Counted from the stretch's first letter, positions 11,101 through 26,100 are shown. The stretch: DNA of 64,000 bases from Camelus dromedarius (GCF_036321535.1 NC_087436.1:97218001-97282000); one strand, 5' to 3'. Notes: generated by a model not told the origin, from the sequence alone. Numbers and translations: made by a program.

Positions 11101-14100
11101 AAGTTCTATGCTTTTAGATCCGACGTAGCTCACCCTGACCTGTCAGAAAAGGGCCTTTTGTGGGATCTGACGAGAATAAACCAGAACTCTCTGGGTGACC
11201 TCACAGGAGAGCTCTCTTGGGTCCTGTGTGCCCAAGGCAAAGAATGCGTTACAGTAGCATCTCACCTATTTATATGATATATGATCTGTTCTTAAATTGT
11301 CTGAAGTCTGTGGCTAGTTGAATAGCTCATTGTATTTCCTCTATGACCTGAAATCTATCTTCAGTTTTACTTTCCAGTTACTTAAACTTTATTTTGAAAA
11401 TGTCATCTATTTTATTCTTGTGAGATTTGTGAAAATGCTCTGTACTGGCATGACTTGTTATGAGTGTAGTAGCATTCATGACATGTTGCTAAATAATGCA
11501 GTTACTTCCATAGTTAGAAACTGGATGACACGAGGGAAAATATTTGGATTATACCAGGGATGATAGGTAATTCTTAATTTACTTCTAGTATAGTCTTTGG
11601 TTTTTTTAAATTATTTTAAAAAAGTTTTTTGGGGGGGGGAGGTAATTAGATTTATTTATTTATGTATTTTATTTATTTATTTATTTATTTTAGTGAAGGT
11701 ACTGGGGATTGAACCCAGGACCTCATGCATGCTAAGCACACACTCTATGCCTGAGCTATCCCCTCTCCCCTGCCCACAGTATAGTCTTTGAATGTCATTT
11801 GGGTGTTTTGCCCTTCTGGCTTTTAGAGAGTCATCTGCAAAGCACATTTAAGTCAGTATGACCATGTTGACTTTTACAGATCTCACGTGTGGGCTAAATC
11901 AGTACAAAGGAGCCATCAGTTGCAGTTTTGAATAGGAGTGTACATTAAAAATGTGTCACAGAGCTTATTTCCTCCCCAGGGATCCAGACACTCTTTACAA
12001 GAGACCGTGTACTTTCAAAGAATCTTTAGTGTGCTGCTGGCCTTCTGTGAATAGAATACGTAGGGCAAAGCAGAGAATGAAAAATCCTTATTCCAGAGGT
12101 AGTTGGGAATCGCAAGGATCTGTACAAGTGCAATACACTTGATTTACAAAGTCAGCGCAAGTTATTGATGGAAGAGAGGTCCTTTATCTCCCCTGTGAGG
12201 GAGTAGGTTAGACCCAACCACCACTGCACATCTTCTAGAGTCTAGGACTCTGGGCGTCTTGTGTAGTTTCCCTAAGTATTTGACTTCTTGGGGTTTGGAG
12301 AGTGGAGGAACGTTTTTCCTTCTCGTCCTCCTCTCTGTGATTAACTAAGTCCTGTCCACACCAAAGGCAGAGGGTCCTTCCTCCTCTTAGTCTGCGTCAT
12401 AGTGACCAGGGCCTGCACGTGCCTTCTTCCCCTGTGCCCTTACCTTCTCCGAAGAGTCGAAGGTTCCTGGGCTGGGGAAGGGCCCTTTCCGTGGATCTGG
12501 GGGTACATACAGTTCATAGCTCTGGGGTGGTTCATAGTTTGGGGAAGATTTTTATGATTCCACAAGGAAAAAAGATCAGAAATGTCATTTTCAAATAACC
12601 AAACAGTGAAGTCTTTCCATAGCTACAGTAAAAATCTTTTGGCGTATCTCTCCAATCTGTACTTTACTGTATTATTAATTGAATATATTCCTTTTAGTTG
12701 AAGTTCAGCAGTCCCTAAAGTTGAAGGCAAAATACAACCCTGGGTTTTGACAGTGCTTCATTTTTAATTACAGAGTGTGAGAACTGGAACGTACAGGCGT
12801 GGAACGTTCACGTAAATGCTTTTCCAGAATGACAGAAGTTTGAAGGTTTTTCCTCGAGCTTGACTGCATCAGTGAAATACCATTGTGAATGTTGTTTTAA
12901 AATACTGATATAATGCACATTTGTAATAGAGATCGTTTGTCTAAACCTAAAATTTTGTGTGTGTGTGTGTATTTAACCTCCAGACACCCAAGATGACAAG
13001 GAAAGAATTAAAAAGTACGGAGCATTTATACGCACTCTCCCGGGGGTCAACCAAGCAACGCTGGCGGCTGTAATTGAGCACCTGTACAGGTGGGTGGATT
13101 CGTGAAATTTCTTGACATTTCAAACATGACACTGAGTAATCATTATTTCTTAAATTTAAATTACCATGGTTAACCTTCTACTTGTGACTGTGAATCTCTC
13201 GCCCTGTCTTAAGAATGGTTTCAAAATGGAATTGCCATCAACTATCACTTTAGTGTCTCCTTCTGGAATTAAGATACATGTCAGATAAATGGCACTGGAG
13301 ATTGTCTTAAATGAATTAGAAATAATCATGTGCAGCGTCCTCAAACACGTCTGGTACATAAGCAAGAGCTTCTCAGACACTTAAGAGGGAAGTTGGAGAA
13401 AGGAGTACAAGGACCAGAATTTGACGGCAGGAATCTGCCTGTGAGCACAGTACATGCTTCTTTCTTCATTATCAGTTTGTATCTAACCTGACTCTAATGT
13501 TTTGGTGTCAGATTGTTGATTAGATGAGGAAATTTTAAATGACAAAAACGTTTTCTATATCAGGGCATGTAGTCCTCTGCATTTGGGAGGGATAAGAGGG
13601 AAGGGATAGGAGGGCAGGACATCTGAAGGATGAGGTTTGAAAATAACCTTTTAAGTGGAAATGAAAGGTTTGTTGTTTTTTTTGCTATCAGCAAGAATTA
13701 ATTACAAAAACTTAAATCAATGTAAATATTCTTAAGGAATATACTGTGGCTTCCTGCATGGATGCAATATTCCTTTGAATAAATTTCTATGACGCTGAAT
13801 TCTACTCAGCTTACCTTATTTGGAGTTTAGATATATATAAATCCTCCACAATTTGCCTTTTCTCTTAATCTTTCCTTTCCAGCCACCATTTATGCATGCA
13901 AGCTCCGTTACTGTAAATCTGATTTTCTTATTGCATCACACAAGTATAGCCTGTAATTTGTGTAGTCCTATCTCTATGCCTATGAGACATTGGGTCAGAT
14001 TTTTTTTTTTTCTTTAAAGATTTTAATAGGTCACCAGGCTGATACAATTTAGAATGTTAATATTTTAAACAGTGAATTACACATAATTCTTAAACTTCTA

Positions 14101-17100
14101 ATTCATGTTTGAATTTCACGTGAGTTCCTTCCCATCCTTTTCTTCAACTAACATATATTTTTAGCTTCTACTCTGTACAATATAATGTCCATTAAGATTT
14201 CGTGTGAACAGAAGTAGTTGATAATACATGCGTGACAAAAATAGTCTTACGTCCACAGTTCCCAGAGAGCACCAAGGACCCTGGGACATCACAGTGTGAA
14301 CTCACAGGGATGCTGCAGGTCCTTTTATATATTTCTTAGGAAAACACAGCACCATCAGAACAGACTTTAACATGGAGAATTTTAGCATAAGACATGGAAT
14401 TATAGAGGAGGGTTTGAGAGCTCCATTGTGTGTTGAGGTCCAGGTGATGCTTCAGATTTAAAGGGTTAGATGAACTGGGCATGAGAGAAAAATAAGTAGA
14501 AGACGTGAGTGAAGGACATTTTCTAGGAAACAGGTGTGCTTGGAGATGGGGTGGTTTGTAGGTGGCTGGCAGGAGGTTGTGAAGGCGCTTTTGGTCATGC
14601 AGAAACATTTGGATTGTATTCCTTTCAGTGATAAGGAGTGACTGATCCAGTCTCTTGTAGGATAATCATGCCTGTCATCAGGAAGAGGTTAGAACACAGG
14701 CAGAGAAACTGTTTAAGAATCAGTTTCCTTGGGTTTCTGATGAGAAGTCCTGAGTGAGAAGAGAGTAAGCTGGTGGAACATGGGACACTTAGGGATGCTA
14801 ACGTAGGGGCAGAGAAATGAAGAAAGAAATGGAAAATACATAGTGTATGTACTTGATGCAGAAACTGAAGAAAGGTGAGGAGTATTAGAGGAGAATGCCA
14901 TTGCAGAAGGAAGTCTCAGAGAGGTGGGAATGTTTGATAGTGTCGTCAAAAGTTGGAGAGGTCAATTTGGATAAGGTCAGGTTGATTTAGCATTTACTTT
15001 CATCCCTGCCCTAGATAACAGATCACTTCCTCCATGACTAACATTTACTTAATTCCATTCATCAGATATTTATTACAGACTACAGTGTGATTAACACGTC
15101 TCTCACTGTGAAATGCTTAGATTCTAGAGGCAGACATGCGGATATATTTTCCAGATGTTTACAGTCTAGTATGATGAAAGTACAGAAGTGGTTTTAAAAG
15201 GGATACCCACAATTATGACATCCTCCTCTATTAACTTGCAATTCCTTTTGCATCTTGTAAATCATATATGATGATTGCACTTGCTCTGTCTCCGCAATGC
15301 AATTTGGCATTTCACTGTGCGTTTCTTACATTATCATATATATTGCTGTCATATTTGTTTATTCTTCTTGTACCTACTTGATTCTTTACTCTTTATAGCC
15401 AGCTGTACCTACCTTAGTCTTGCTTTATTCCTTTGATAGAATTGATCTTCCTTTCTCAGTATGCATTTAAGAAATTTGCAAATGTAATTAGACAGGCAAT
15501 ATGCACTATATGCTGCTATATGCACAGTCAGGGACAAATAGCACTAACAGATACTTTCATGTGAGTTACTCAGAGTCCACGTGCATTTTTATCAGTGAAA
15601 ATTTCCTTTTATTGGGGTGATGGCTGTAGTTTTTGTTTCCAATCACCTTGAACTTAATTTGTGAGTACATTAAATGCTCTTTGTAAAACTCAAGTGTTGT
15701 AGTTTACTGATGTACTTTACTACTCAGGTCTGTTCACTGTAAAAAGCCATTCTTAGTGAAATCCAAGAAAAATGTAATTGTATTTTTAAATTAAGTGATT
15801 GCTTTTTGCATTTTTGATTTGTATATTATTCTATTTTGAATAACCATCTAAACACATGCTGCCAGGCTTTTTCTTGCCTGATATGCACTTTCTGGGAAGT
15901 TGAACCTAGTCCTGAACTTTGAATTTAGAACTCCCAGCTATCTGCCTCCCAGCCACCATTCTGGCCTTGTTTTCTGCTTACATACTGCCCTTCTCCCTCT
16001 TTTATTTATGCTTCAGTCCCACAAGTCATTTGACGCTGTTCTACAAACACACCTTTCTGCTTTAGCTGCAGGTTGTCCATTACCTGGAATTGTCTGAATA
16101 TGGGGGGGCTCCTTCCTCTAAAGCGACAATCAAGTACTGCTCTGTGACTTGTAGTAATAGCTCCTCTGACTTATACTCTTAACAAACTGTAAGCTACTTG
16201 AAAGAAAGAACTGTGTATTTTTCTTTAGATTACCACTGCGCCTTACATATCAGAGACCTTCAATGTGTGTGTGTGTGTGTGTGTAAAAAAAAAAAAAAAA
16301 ATAAGAGGATAAATGAGTATTAAGACTTATAATTTCTATGAAATTTTCAAATAAAAATGTGTTGTAATAAGCTCTGCTTGTCTCTTACAGGGTTCAGAAA
16401 TGCTCAGAAATCAATCACATGGATGCCCATAATTTGGCCTTGGTCTTTTCCTCCTGTTTGTTTCAAACTAAGGGACAAACTAGTGAAGAAGTGAATGTAA
16501 TTGAGGACTTAATTAACAATTATGTTGAAATATTTGAGGTAAATATTTTATATCCTGCCCTTGTTAAAATAGTTTTGATGTTACTGTTTGCAAACAAAAG
16601 TATGTATTTTAGATTGAAGAAAATAAAAGTTGTATGATCCTTAGGTTTTTAGATATAACTAGCTTTTTAAGCTATAGCCATTTATTTCAATTTGGCTACT
16701 TTTAAAGCTTTTTTACCATCTGGTGTTTGTTGGACAGTGTTTCTATTTATAGTGTTTTTATGGGTTTTTTTTTTTCCTCTTCCATATATGTATGCATTAA
16801 GTACATGTACTTAGAGGTGTGAAATTATGAATGTCACAAATTCGGTAACAAACGCCAGGCTGATCAGTTTTGCAATTGAAAGCATTTGATGTTTTCTTTT
16901 AATTATGCATGAATTGGGGGAAAAAAGAAATTCTGAAATAATATTCTGTGGTTTTTATTGTCATCTCTGTTCTAATTATTTGACTCTTCAATTTGCTATT
17001 TTATGAAGTTAGTATTTTCATGTTTCATCAGAAAACTGTTAGGAAAGGGAGGATTTCTTAGTTCAAAGAACTGAGAATAGAGACAATAAGCCCAGGATTT

Positions 17101-20100
17101 GAATAGGGGGATTACAGGGGGTCTGGGTCAAAGGTCAGCTCCAGGTGCTTAACTGCTTCTGCCATCTCAGTCTTGTCATTTAAAACCTTTTGAGGCATTC
17201 TGTTAAATGTTCTTGAATGAGAACTCTCGCTTTCCATGGCTATGTATATATACAACCAGATGAAATCAAATAGGTGAATGTAACAGGTTGCCTTTTGTAG
17301 AATTCTTACATTCTTCTAATAACTGATCATGAGATTCCATAGCCAAGGGAAAGAAACTGTATTTTAATAAAATAACACAGTTTGTGTCTTAATTTTTATA
17401 GGAATGGACATGACAATTGTTGGATTCCCTTTGCTCTTGTATCTCCTTTTTATTTCTTTCTGTATGTGTCCCCTGTTTTTGATCAATAGCAACTTCTTTG
17501 CAACAGTTCTGATGCTGAGAGATGAAAGACTTAGGGGAAAATGTGCGGCTTTGCATGCTCTCTTTATTTTCTATTTTTTGTACTGTTAATAATGTTTATC
17601 TACGTAGTTTTGTTAAATCGAACTTTAAGCAAACAGTGGGAATTTCATAAACACTTACTGAACATTTCTGTTTGAGCAATAAGTCTTGTCTCTCAACCTC
17701 CGTAAACTCTAACAAACTAGTCATCAGCCCCTTTGCTTATTAAATTGCCTCAGCCAAGGGAATTCCACTGATGGAACCTGCAGCCTGATGTGGAATCATC
17801 ATCAGAGGTTCTGAAGTTGAGGCTGAATCGTGTTGGCTTTATTTCTGCTCATGCCGTGTGGGCCTGTGCTGATTAACATGGCCATTCTCATTTAGTTTCA
17901 ACATGTTGGTCTTTAAATTCCTGAAGAAGGTTATGTGAGGATGAGTATCATCACTCCTTGTATTTTATTAGAATGTCCCAAATTATATTTTAAACAGGTT
18001 ACAGAAGACCAAGTCAAACAAATGGACGTAGAAAATAGCTTTATTACCAAGTGGAAAGACACTCAAGTGAGTAGCAATAGTTAGACTCCAATAAATAAAA
18101 ACATAAAAAAAAAACCGAAAACCTTTCATTGTAAGTAAAGGTATTTGTTGTGTTTATTTTCAAATTCGTATTTGAAGCACAATGAAAGAAATGGGGGAAA
18201 AGAGCCGAGGTAAAACAGTTGTGAAATTCTGCAGCTGACGCATACATGCAAAATGCCAAAGCATGGTAATATAAATTTGCCAAAACATAGATGGAAAAAA
18301 CAGTTTTAATCATAGCAGAACGTCCTTTATAAAATCAGCTTTTGTTTATAAAAGTGCTACTGAGAAAAATAGTGGGTTTCAGAGGAAGCATTTAAAGTCA
18401 AAAGAAATACTAGAATAAACTGAAAATTCAGTCTCTCTCATGACTCTTCCCATTATGAGTTCGAAATTATAAGTTATTTCCTCTCTGCTTTTGCTTTGCA
18501 TGCTCTTGGGTGATTGCACTAGTGGGAATGTTTCTGAAGTGCTCTTTGTAACATATGTTAATTCATGTCTTGAGTTGACTTTTCTAGATCTTCTCTTGCT
18601 TTCCTCAGTCGCATCATGTTGGATTTACGTGTTCAGGTGGCGCTGTGCTTTTCTAGGGTACTTTTCCTCCTTTGATGAATAGTCACTGGACCTTCTTAAA
18701 GTCGGTCTTTAATCCTCTTTTAATAACTAGGAATTGTGGTAGATTCAGAGTACCAATGTCAAGAATAAAAATGGGTCAAATATTCTATTTATAGATGCAC
18801 TCAGGGGATGAGACAAATGCTTTCTTACTAGTCAAACCCTAAGTGCGCCTCATTCCTGAAATATACACTACTAATTAGAGAAGTCGTGGGAGCTATCGCT
18901 CCATATGAGGGAGATGAGGAAAGTCTTTCATCCTGGTGCCTAGATCCCCAGGTACTAATACTGTGACAGTAATTCCCTAAGAAAGTATTTCCTCCGTTTT
19001 GACCCAAAGGAATTAACGCAGCATCGAGAGGAGTAGCTGTAACACTAAAAACTGTGGCTCATTATCAGTTACTTCTTGTGTTCTTTTTGGGGAAAGAGTT
19101 TCAGTCATGAAATAAAGGAGTGTGTGAGCTCAGGAGATAATCTTTGGCAACACTATCTATATTGTTATTGGATAAATTATGAATACCATTCTGCAGTTTG
19201 ATCATTTGTATTCATACTACAATAAATGAGTCTTGAATGCTTTCTGATTAAGTAGAAGTAAAAATAAGAATTGCCTATAAAATAGAGTAATTGGGAGAGA
19301 AAAATAGAAGAGTTTGGAAGAAAGCTGTTCTTTGGCTGGAGTTTTTCTCTAATCCATTCAAAACTCTCCTCTGAAGTATTTTTCTGACAGTCTCTATGTC
19401 TTATTCCTGTTTGAATTTCTGAGCTATTCTCGTTTTTGGCTGCACTCTATGAGTTCTTCGTGTTTGCTTTTTTAACTTTTAAAATGTGTCTTCCCTGGAG
19501 AGTTGTTTATGCAAACACAAGGAAAAGTAAAACTGTCAACTGTATCTTTTCTTCCCTAGAATTTTTGTGTAGCTTCAAAACTGAGGAAGAAAAACTAGAA
19601 GTATGTTTTTCTAAGCCTGTAGTGTCAGAATAACTAAGAACACTTCTTCAAAGTACATTTTTAATGTTTTCCCCAGAAATTTACTCATCAGGTTTTATTC
19701 TGAGGTAAACTTAACTTCGGAATGGTTGTTCCTCATTTATGATCTTTTTTAAAAAATAAACGACAGATATTATTTCTGAGTGGTTACATAACTTAAGGGA
19801 ATTTCTGGAAAAAGCTATTCAGAATATTTTTCATAGATTCATTCGTTCCTTTGTTGATCTGCTCCATATGATACTGTCAATCTACACGGTGATATCTTAT
19901 GCTTTTTATTTTCTGGCCTGTGTATTCGTCACGGAGTCTGTCGTCTTGGGTAGAATAGTGTCCAAAGTAATCCAGCACTTGCTGCTTGGCTAAAGATAAT
20001 TAAAATTGAAACTTATCTTTAATATCTCCTTATTCTGTCACTTCACTTTTAATTTGCTTTGCTAAATATACTTTTTGTGATTGTGGTTGCAGATTACATC

Positions 20101-23100
20101 ATTTGGGTAGCTTCCTTGTCCTTAATCAACCACATCTGGAAAATAGGTATCATTATGCTGTTAACAGGGGGACTGATTTCATTTCATTATTATAAAAATC
20201 TTTAGAAATATGATTAGGACTTTCTAACTGTCTTGAGTATATCATTTGTGTGCTCTTGCAACATACTTAAATTTGCCGTCTTCACATCTGCCCTTTTCTA
20301 GGTTTCCCAGGCTGGAGATTTGTTAATTGAAGTGTACGTAGAAAGGAAGGAGCCTGACTGCAGTATTATAATTCGAGTGAGTCCTAAGGATGAATGTAAA
20401 GAGTACTATTAGAAATCATAAGTGTTAGTATTAGTTTGCATATCTTGAATTTCCCATTGCTGCTTACATTTTATTCTACGTGTCCGATTCAAATCGTGAC
20501 AAGTTTGCTTCTTTATACCAATATCCTCCAGGAATCCCGTGTTTTAGTCATTTGGAGAGAGACTATCCTGTATTTGTTAGGTTATGATTAGGATGTTCTG
20601 TAGGTTCTGGAAAACAACCTGAGTTCTAATACTTCCTCCTCCCGTTCCTCCTTCTTAACATTAGGCAACTTACTCCACCAGAGCCTCAGCCTTCATACCT
20701 ATAAAATGTGAGGAAATTTCAGTATTTACATCATAGCTTCGACGTGAGGACCCAACAAGATACTGCATGTAAAACACTTAGCAAACTGCTCAGTACATAA
20801 GTGTTTGATAAATAACTAGTAGTACTACTATTATTAATCCCCACCCTTGTAACCTAGACTTTTCACTAGTTTAGCTTCTTAGTAATTTATTATTTTAGGA
20901 AAGGACTACACTTCTTAAAAAATTGTAAAGTCATTCAGATGACAGTTATCACTGAAATGATTCATCTACTGATGTTTCTACTGCTTAAAGTCCTCTACAG
21001 TTCCCAGATGCTATTTTGTTTTTTCTTTTATGGTTGTACTACATTGGGCTTTTCTAAGTAGAAAGCCATGGACTTCACTGTGTCATTAATGTATTCCAAA
21101 GAGAGCAATAAATTCCATAGAATTCAAGAGATAGACTGTGTGAGTTACCTGTAGTGGAAAATGTTTTATGGTATTTATATATTTGCAGGATGCTTATGAT
21201 CAGTAATGGACAGGAAAAATGGAAATGAACATATTCCTTTTCTAAGAAATTTTTTACTAGGTGTATACTTTTACTGAAAAGACATAAACTGGGTTGCAGT
21301 TGCAATATTCTAATGCTTAAATCACTTCTGACTGTTAAACATTAAAACTAAATTCTAATTGAAGAAAGCCAGCTTGCTTTTGGCCAGCATGCCCTTAAGA
21401 CTGGTAAAAACAAAAGTAGGAAGAAACAAATCAAAATCCCAAAAGTCCCTGAAGAAGGTGGACGGGCCTGTGCTGTGGCCCAAGGCTTTGGGACCCTCGC
21501 AGAGCTGGCCCCCAGGCTGACACAGCAGACTCTGCCCTGTGCCCTGAAGTCCTGGCTCGAGCATACTTTGGTACCCCACCATCTGTCACTTGGCATGGCT
21601 GGGCACGTCACAGACCACTAAAACCCTGGGGCATTTTGTCACAGCAGACAGCAGTCAATTGTGTATGACTGAGGGTCTGGGCTGAATAAACCAAGCCGCT
21701 TTAAACTCCTAATGATAGAACTGGCGAGTGAAAAGTTTTACTCCTACAAGATCATTGGATCCATCTGCTGTCTATTGAAGGTCTCTCTGAACAGGTACCT
21801 TCTTCTCTTTTGCGTGATCTCACTTTTCACTAGGTGGGGAAAAAAAGTTCCTTAGCTGATGATTTTTCTTTTACACTCACATGAAAATGTATGGAGAACA
21901 TCTGAATAGGCTGTTCCTTCCATGTGCTTAGAGAAGCTAGTTACACGTACTAAGAAGACACTTGGAGTATGTTGAGATGGCGGTGGGGGAGTGTTACCGC
22001 CTAGCCCAAGGCCGCTCTGCATCTGACACGTGTCCTGAAGCAGTGTTGCTTCCCTTGCAGATATCTCCCGTGATGGAAGCAGAAGAATTAACTAGTGACA
22101 TATTAGCAATAAAAAATATAATTCCTACGAAAGATGATCTCTGGGCCACATTTGAAGTGATAGAAAATGAAGAGCTAGGTAAGTGATTTTCACGCCCGGC
22201 GTTCTTCAGTTCCTGATAGTATGAAGAAATACTGTTTTTGCGACAAGTCATTACATTGTATGTTTTTCTAAAGCTTAACCTCTCATTATGAATCCCCTTC
22301 TTCCTCAGCACATGTGTTGATCTATGTTAGCGCCACTGGAGGTTGCCCTCCTGTGATATTACTCATCAAAGTAATTAGACCGTTTTATTGACTATAAACA
22401 TAGTGCAAAGCGTTGGGCATGTATGTTGCTGCCTCAGGAAATAAGGCCTTATTTACAAGAACACACAATTTGATTTGTAACAACACCCTAAATGTCACCA
22501 CCATCATCCACTATTTCACCTAATTCCTGTGTGCTGCTTATTTAACAAGAACGAGAATGCTGATTTAAAGGATTATTATTTTAAAAACAAAATTTTGTTT
22601 TAAGCCTAGCAGGAGCTTATTTTTTGTTTTTTTTTATTTTTCTTTTTCACCTATCTTTAGTGGAGTGGATCAAATATTTTGTCATCTTTTCTCTCAGATG
22701 TAGGATAAAGAGAGCTTTTAAAACACCTTGACTACCCCAGTAGTAAGAAGCCTAACATTCTAATGACACCATTTGGTTTTAAAGACCTCTAGGAAAGAAA
22801 AAAAAATTAGATGCAGGATGTCTTTGTACCTTGACCATCTGTCTTGCTGATACCTACTAAGGTTTTGGGACCCTTTCAAGTATAGCTGTCAAACTGCCAA
22901 ATGTAAAATCTTGCCACCTGCAAGCTCAAGGTAAAAATTAAAACTGGATGTTAAACTGCCTCATCATGTATTATGAGGAGTGTTGTAATCAGTGTTAGAA
23001 TGGAATGGGATTATCAAATACTTTGTCCTTCGTTATTCCATCTTGGTTTTGTTTCTTTTTATCATGCACAATTCTTTAAAAATCTAATTTGTATAAAAAC

Positions 23101-26100
23101 ATTGCTTTTCAGTTTTCATTGCCAAGATTCAGTGACCCTGGTCCTTTGATGTCAGTTCACACTGTCACCCCACAGTCAGGCTCCGTCTGCCCCACTCACA
23201 AAAGATGCTCTGGCTAATCACTCTTGCAACCCCCCACCACCACGTCCAGTGGATTTGCTTCCGGCTCTACTTGCCTTGCCCTTACCGTGCCATCTATTGT
23301 TAATGATGCTGTCCTTTGTCTTTGAAGGTGTTCACTCAGTTTTCATTGCTGCCTGGATTCTCCTCCTGGTGCTCGAATCATTTTGTCTCATTTGTCAATT
23401 CTTCTTCCTGTGTCTGTCCCCTCTCCAGTGGGTTGCTGCTGCTCTGATCTCTTACCATCTTCTCTCATTTTACATGTTCTTTATAGACAATCACTTCTAC
23501 TCTTGTGCTTGACTGATGTGTGAGTGGGGTGTTTCCCGAATGCACTTTTATTCTTCCCCCATCTGACCCACCTGTTTACTTCCGTTAAAACCCAGACTAA
23601 AGGTTCCATTGCATTCTGGCTTATATTTTTCTATAGTGCCTATCACTTAGATTTATTTTTGTATTTCTTGATGAGAGCTCTTTAGAAGGAAGGAGGAACT
23701 CACTTTTTTCCTGTCTTTAGTGTCTGGCACAGGGCCTGGTACATAATTGCCATGCAATTAAAATCTTTTGCATAAGTGAAGCACAATTTTGTATTACTAT
23801 ATGGTTCAATGGTGGTAGAGTCTTGATTTCTGTTGTTTAATGTTAAGGAAAGCAGCTGGGTTACCAGTTTTACCATATTTGTGAGTAAAAGATAACTGTC
23901 AGCATTACTGCCAGAGTTACCTTTCTAAATCACAGATAGGATCAAATGGTTCCACCATTTAAAACCCATCCATTTTTGGAGAAAAGACAGTCTATTCAAT
24001 AAGCTGTGCTGGGAAAACTGGACAGCCACATTTAAAAGAATAAAATTAAAACATTTTCTCACATCATATGCAAAAATAAACTTAAAATGGATTAAAGACT
24101 TAAGTGTAAGACCTGAAACCATGAAACTCCTAGAAGAGAGCATGGGCAGAACACTCTTCTGTATAAATTGTGGCAATAGTTTTTGGATCTGTCTCCCAAG
24201 GCAAAAGAAACAAACCAAAAATAAATAAATGAGATCTAATTAAACTTAAAAACTGTGCACAGCAAAGGAAACCATTGAGAAAACAAACAAACAAAAATAA
24301 CCTACTGAATGGGAGAAAATATTTGTAAATGATATGACCAATAAGGGGTTAATATCTAAAATGTATAAACAGCTCATACAGCCCAATACTGAAAAAATAA
24401 CCCGGTTGAAAAACAGGCAGAAGACCCAAACAGACATTTTTCCAAAGAGGTTATATACAGATGACCAACTGGCACATGGAAAGATGCTCAATATTGGTAA
24501 TCATCAGAAAAATACAAATCAAAACCACAATGAGATATTATCTGACACCTGTCAGAATGGCTACCATCAAAAAGTCTACAAACAACAAATGTTGATGAGA
24601 ATGTGGAGAAAAGGGCACCGTAAGTACACTGTTGGTGGGAATGTAAATTGGTGCAGCCACTCTGGAAAACGGTATGGAGGTTCCTCCAAAAACTAAAAAC
24701 AGAACTACCATATGACCCAGCAATCCCAATTCTAGGTATATATCCAGAAAAACCTCCAAAACACTAATTGGAAAGGACACATGCACCCCAATGTTCATAG
24801 TAGATGGAAGCAACCTAAGTGTCCATCAGCAGATGAACAGACAAAGAAGATGTGTATACACATGGAATATTACTCAGTAATAAAAAATAATGAAATTCTG
24901 CTATTTGCAACAATGTGGATGGACCTAGAGGGTATTATCCTTAGTGAATAAGTCAGAGAAAGACAAATGCTCTTATCACTTATATGTGGAATCTGAAAAA
25001 TAAAGCAAAAGAATATATATAACAAAACAGAAACAGACACACAGGTATAGAGAACAAACTAGTGGACACCAGTGGGGAGAAAGAAGAGGGACAAGACAGG
25101 GGTAGGGGATTAAGAGATACAAACTACTGTGTATAAAATAAATAAGCAACAAGGATATATTGTATAGCATAGAGAAATGTAGCCATTATTTTGTAATAAC
25201 TTTAAAGTATGATCTGTAAAAATATTAAATCACTATGTTATACACGTGAAACTAATATAACTAATATAATATTGTAAAGCAACTATATTTCAGCACATAC
25301 CTGCATACATACATAGCCTTTCATTATTTCCTCATAATCCATCCTTCGAGATCCAGCTCAGAGCCCCTTCCTCCATGATGATAATTAGGTGAACATAGTT
25401 CTCATTCATCTTTTTCGGATTATTTGCATAAGGATCTATATAATACTGCATACTAATCTGACTTGTAGAATAGTGATCTGGCTCCTAGATTCTGTGTTTT
25501 TAGGACTTACATTTTCTACATGTTTTAGACCTTCACGTCTCTCACTACCCCTAGCATAGTGCGTTGATGTGTAACATACCTTTCAAGTACCTTGCTAACT
25601 GAGGTGGAACAAGATACGGGTGCATTTGAACCTGAGCGACTGGGATTGCTACTCCTTGGGTAGATGTATCCAAATGTGTATGCCACATGAAAAATGATTC
25701 CTGCGTGTAGATGAGGAACCACTAGGAGATCTCAAGGCCCGAGTTAGCTCTTGGACAGCTGGTTGTCTCCTGCTTCTGTTTCTGTTGTGTCTGTAGGAGA
25801 TCCAGAGCAGAAAAATGAATAGTGGATTCATTTGGGGGCAGACATCCTCTCCCTGCCACCCTTGTTTTCTCAAGGGTTGAGTCAGAACGTATCCTTGTGT
25901 CACAGGATTGGAGCTCTGTGCCTCTGGGCATTGGTACTCTGGCCTGAACTGAGAGGGGCAAGCAGAATGGATGAGATTGGGAAGGAATTATGTGTAGCTA
26001 GAGGAGAGACTGCAGTATATCTGGAAACACTATTTTTAGATTTCATCTGGGAAAATGAAAGGATGCCCACCCTGAAAATGACTAATTATCAACTTGCATG

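Noticed and set aside
11697..11770. tRNA-Ala gene (also at 63386 and 63489)
   Set aside because: Degenerate stems, A-rich tails and TSDs show these are SINE heads, not tRNA genes.
11950..12500. GC-richer block that might be an old LTR
   Set aside because: I could not define termini, a TSD or a family.
16798..16813. 16-bp perfect palindrome taagtacatgtactta
   Set aside because: About one is expected by chance in 64 kb of AT-rich DNA.
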